Assembly (NCBI RefSeq): GCF_025526975.1 | Contig: NW_026515704.1 | Location: 62,001-126,000, forward strand | Reading direction: 5' to 3' | DNA: 64,000 nt | Origin: Fimicolochytrium jonesii | Taxonomy: Eukaryota | Shown: positions 59,840-64,000 of the stretch, in pieces | How the letters are laid out: every line of letters begins with the position of its first letter | How positions within the stretch are numbered: position 1 is the first letter of the stretch | Position numbers and translations under genes: made by a program | The notes under the pieces: generated by a model | Seen by the model: only the letters and a program-made list of their open reading frames with translations | Told to the model about the DNA's origin: nothing | Database searches by the model: none

Positions 59840-62800
59840 TCACCGCCGACCATCAACAACCCTATGCTGCACACCCCCGCACGAAAAGAAAAAAAAAAAC
59901 CATCATCAGATCCCCCACACACACACAAAAAAAAGGGGGGAAACCCTCAAGCCGGTCAAAAACACCCACCTGCAACACACACCCGTCCCCGGCGCCCGTC
60001 GAGAACACCCACCGTCCATCCACAGACACCGCCACGCGCCCGACGGGGCCCGCGTGCACCGTGTACGTATACGCCGGTGCCTGTATCATACGCACATCCC
60101 CGCGTCAGCTCATGCGGATATGTGAGGGTGTCTGAGTTGATGAACACGTACCCCCTCGGCACAGGCCGGATACCGCAACAGCAGCACATCCCCGCGCGTC
60201 GTGCCCATGACCACGACCTTGTCGGGGTCGGGTGCCGGTGAGGGGGGCGTGCCGCGGGCCGTGCATACCACCTTCACGCCACAACGCGTAAAAACAAATA
60301 TCAGTTTCCAGAGGGGAACGGGGCGCTGGGGCAGACAGACTCACATCGCGTAACCCCAGCACACACCCTTTGCTCGCAAACAAGTCCGCGCGCGCCTCGG
60401 CCGAGTCCAGCACGCCTCGGAGCTGGATCTTCCAGTCGTCGGGCGTGGTGGGGTTGGTGGGGGCGGCGGGAGAGGAGAGCGCTGTTTCCCCCGACACGTA
60501 CACGCCTTTTGTCGCCCACGAGAGCGGACATGTGGCGGAGGCCCAGTCGACTTCGGCGAAGGGCGTCGGCGGCGGCGGCGGGTGCGTTGCCATCGTCCCT
60601 TCCCAAAATTCCCACCCCACCCCACGTCAGCATCAAACACCTATTGTTTCAAAAAAAAAATAAAAGGTTGTTTCGGGGGCACTCACAAAACATGATCTCG
60701 CTATTCCCACTATTGCTCTGCAACCGTTTCGAGTCCACACTCCAGTCCAGCGCCGACACGAAATTCGAGTGCCCGCGGCAACACATCACGCGCTGGTACC
60801 CGCTCCCGTCGGCGCCGGCGACGCTGTACACGTCGATGATGGCTTCCTGGGTGGCCGCGGCGAAGAGGCGCCCGTCGGGCGAGTAGGAGACCGCGTGGAT
60901 GGTGTCGCGGCGTTGGGTGATGATGAAGAGGGTGGAGGTTAGCGTCGGGGTTAGGATGAAGATCTGCGCGGGGAGAGCCGGGGGGTTAGGTCGGGATTTC
61001 GGAGATGGGGCATTGGTTTTTTACGTACGGTGCCTTGGTCGGACCCGACGGCGATCTGGCGGGCGGAGGGGTCGTAGGTGCAGGAGCGGAGGGGCATTTT
61101 GAGGTTGCAGCTTGTTATCTGGGCGGGTCCACGTACACCAGCTGATCAGCCACCGGAAGGTAAGAGGTAATGAGAAACGCCAAAACGAACCTGTTTCCGC
61201 TCCTCGACAGCCCACTGCCGGATGAACCCATCATTCCCGCACGTCAGCAGAAGCCGCGGGTTGGTCGGGTGTGGGGCGAGACCCCATACGCCGGGATTCG
61301 TTTGCGATGCGTGCGACTTTTTTTTGTTCATTTTTGGGTAGTAGTTGCAACTTAATCAGCCAACCGCCCGTCACCACCTCTTAAATCCGTCCAAACTGTG
61401 TGAGAGACACCCAATATGAACTGTTACCTCAGACAGCAAACTCTTATTCAGCGTCCCCTCCTCTCCAATCTCCACAACCCATAAGCTCCCATCCCCACAC
61501 CCAACCCTCACACCCGCCCCCGTCCTCTTCTTCTCCCCCCCACCCCTCCCGAGCCCCTTCGATCCCGTCTCCAAAGGCGTCAACCCCAACGCCCGGCTCG
61601 CCCGCCGTTTCATCGCCTCGCCCCAGCCATACCACACCCCGCCCAAGCCGCCGGCGTCGACGGCGCGGACGGGGGAGTCGAGGGTGAGGGTGGAGATGGG
61701 CGTGAGGACATCGTTGAAGAGGAGGAGGGTGTGGTCGGAGCCGCCGGTGAGGAGGGTCAGGGTGGGGTGGAGGAGGGGTGTGAGGGTTAGGGTTTGGCCC
61801 TGCGTGGGTGGGGGAGGGGGGCGGGGGGGGGGGGGGGGGGTCAGTAAGCCGACAAAATGGGAATGGGGGGGGGGGGGGAACATTGGTTTTCTCTGTCGTA
61901 CCTTGTGGACCGCCCGAGAATGGCTCTCGATCCGATCACCTTTCCAAAACACCACGTCCCCGTTCGCGGTTCCGACCGCAAGCACCCTCTGCCCCTTCGC
62001 GAGCGTGAACGCCGCGCACAGGACCGTCAACGCAGCAGTCGCGGCACCGTGATGTTGCTCCCCGTCCCTGGCCCACCCGGCCGGTCTAGACGTCAACGTC
62101 AGGGTCTGCGACAACAGCGGCGCGTCGATCGTCCAGAAGGAGAGATGCCGCAGCCCGCCGACGATGAACTCCCGCCGCGACCAGGGGTTGAGCGTGAGGG
62201 AAAACACGGGGGCGGGGATCACGGCGCGGGCGGCGGGGGCGCGGTGCTCTGCGGCCGACCCGGCGGCGGCGGCGGAATGGGTTCCCGGGGCAAGTTTCCG
62301 CCACTCGTACACGAGCACCTCCGCCTCATCCTCCCTGTTCCCCGCAATCACCAGCGTGGTCCCGTCCTTTGCAAACGTCATGGCGGACACGCTGTGGATG
62401 GGCTCCGGCAGGACAGCGGTCGCCAGCACTGTCAACTGCAGCTCGCTGTCCGGCTGGTCAGACCCCACCCGAGGGTCTTTCCCGCTGAAGCTCGTCCCCA
62501 ATGGCGTGCCTGGCTCGGGCGACACGGCCCTCTGCCCGACCGATATCGACATTCTCGTCATTTTGCGCCCCGATGACGGACCGTGATGGCCGGGGGTTTC
62601 GACAGCCCATACTTTGACGACCGGCGCCGGGCCCAGCTCGGCTGACGCGCCGATCCCGCCGTCGGGGTGGATGCATATGGCAGTTATGGCTTTTACGTGG
62701 TGCCGGAAGTAGGAGGGGTGTGGGCTTGCATCCGCGGCGATAGGTGGCTGGGATACGTCTGGGGTTTCTGGGATCGGTGCGGTGCGACTTGGTGACCCGG

Positions 62801-64000
62801 CAGCAGCTGTTATGACTAGATGGTTCCCGGCGGGGTGGACGGTTACCAGCCCTCGCGGGTGAGATGGTGGGTACAGATGATGGATGTTGGATCTTTGCGC
62901 TTCCGACGAGTAGCCTGTCGGATGGGAATCAAACATGAGCTGGATGTGACGGGTGTCGCAAACCTGCATGTGCTGTTTGACCTCACTTACCATAAATGTG
63001 CGCTAGTTGCAGAGAACTTGATGGGAGGGTGGTGTTGATGGAGTTGGCGTAGGTGGAGGGTACCTCTATGTGTTTTAAAAACGCTAGATTCGACTGATAG
63101 GGTGCTGGAATGAGCGGTTGTTCTTCCCGAATTCGCATCTCCAGGAGTCCTCCCTTCCGCTACGACTGGAAACGGCCGGCATGAAATCAACTACTCGCCT
63201 GCTCTCTAAACTCATCCAACCATGCTTGCTCATTCATCGCAAACGGAATCTCATTCTCCAGCGCTAACCCCAAAAAGAAACATTTTCTTTAGTGTCAATG
63301 TTTCCGTCAGACCCATCAAGCCATCAACCCATCGACATCCATCAACCATGATCCGTCAACTAACTATCCACATACAACATCCTGTTCGCTCCGCTCGCGA
63401 CGAGGATGCTGGGATGCGGTGGACAGGACCGCACTCGCTAAGAGCGGTGGTCAGGGGTATTGCGCCGTTGGCGCAAGGAACTCGCTCCGCTCGCGCTCGC
63501 TTCGCTCGCAAGGCTTTCGCTTTGGTCGATCTAGCAGTCTCCCAGACCAAACCCAACCCTGCACCTCGCCGTCGCTCGTTGCAGTTCAACACCCCCGGCT
63601 CGCTCTCGGTCGCGGCTCGCCTACTCACCAAGCAAATCCTCATCCCCACCGCCATCCGTCCTCTCCCCATCCTCGTCGACATCCCCACTACTACCGCCTC
63701 GAACCCTCGTGGTCGACTTGACCGACGAGGTAGAAGACTTTGCGGACCCCTTTTTGCCTACATGCGTTTTGCCAAGGTCGTGAAGTGACGGGGCGGTGCG
63801 ACGGCGGGCGCGGATGCGGGCGGGCCAGCAGGGGCAGGAGCCGGTCATCCCTTTGTGGACGGTGGAGGGAGGGGATGGATAGTATGCAAATAGGTTGTGC
63901 CTGGGGCGTAGTCGGTTGTCGCTTCCCGAGGGCCCGCGGACGTTCGCTTCGAAGTGCGGAGGTGGGCAGGAAGGAGCAGAACGCGTCGCTTGATGACACA
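59840..64000 (-). CDS. EML/EMAP-like WD40 microtubule-associated protein, multi-exon; 5' end probably at or beyond window edge
   Basis: RSNIHHL, YFRHH...ICIHPDG...ASAELG, VWGLAPHP...LTCGNDG, GHSNFVSALDWSVDSKRLQSNSG, DWASATCPLSW, HAGPVGRV...STGAGDGCVLQ. Confidence 0.8.
63379..63628 (-). repeat. Intron-resident dispersed repeat, homologous to 44075..44395
   Basis: Same ordered blocks as the copy at 44 kb; begins just inside a GTGAGT donor at 63628. Confidence 0.9.

Noticed and set aside
61805..61880. Long poly-G runs as a functional G-quadruplex or polyproline exon
   Set aside because: They lie in a probable intron of the EML-like gene; homopolymer length is assembly-sensitive and similar C/G tracts are common in this window.

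Overview
This is eukaryotic nuclear DNA with short GT-AG introns, most likely from a zoosporic (chytrid-like) fungus; the taxon is inferred from gene content and intron style, not proven. Most ORFs in the track are shadow ORFs or single exons. Supported protein genes, in order: a REJ+GPS single-pass membrane protein, a GPI-type copper radical oxidase, an F-box-like protein, an IMPACT-domain protein, a secreted Tyr/Lys/Asp repeat protein, a second F-box-like protein, a polyproline+WH2 protein, a BTB-like protein, Zn-ADH, a HECT E3 ligase, an SDR-PanC fusion, HSP10, TOP1, a UFD1/Zn-finger protein, a voltage-sensor-domain-only protein, a NUDT19-like Nudix hydrolase and an EML-like WD40 protein. 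The window also holds tRNA-Arg(ACG), two intronic box C/D snoRNAs in a non-coding host, and a decayed island (about 32-37.5 kb) with a kinase pseudogene, an INO1 fragment and a transposase relic. Top observations: (1) one in-frame 820-aa gene fuses an NDUFA9-family SDR with intact catalytic motifs to pantothenate synthetase through a linker carrying an MPP-like RSFAS motif; (2) a modular GCGAAGC/GAGC-rich element family sits in introns of several unrelated genes, predominantly in the sense orientation. Exon coordinates were derived by hand and no database searches were run.
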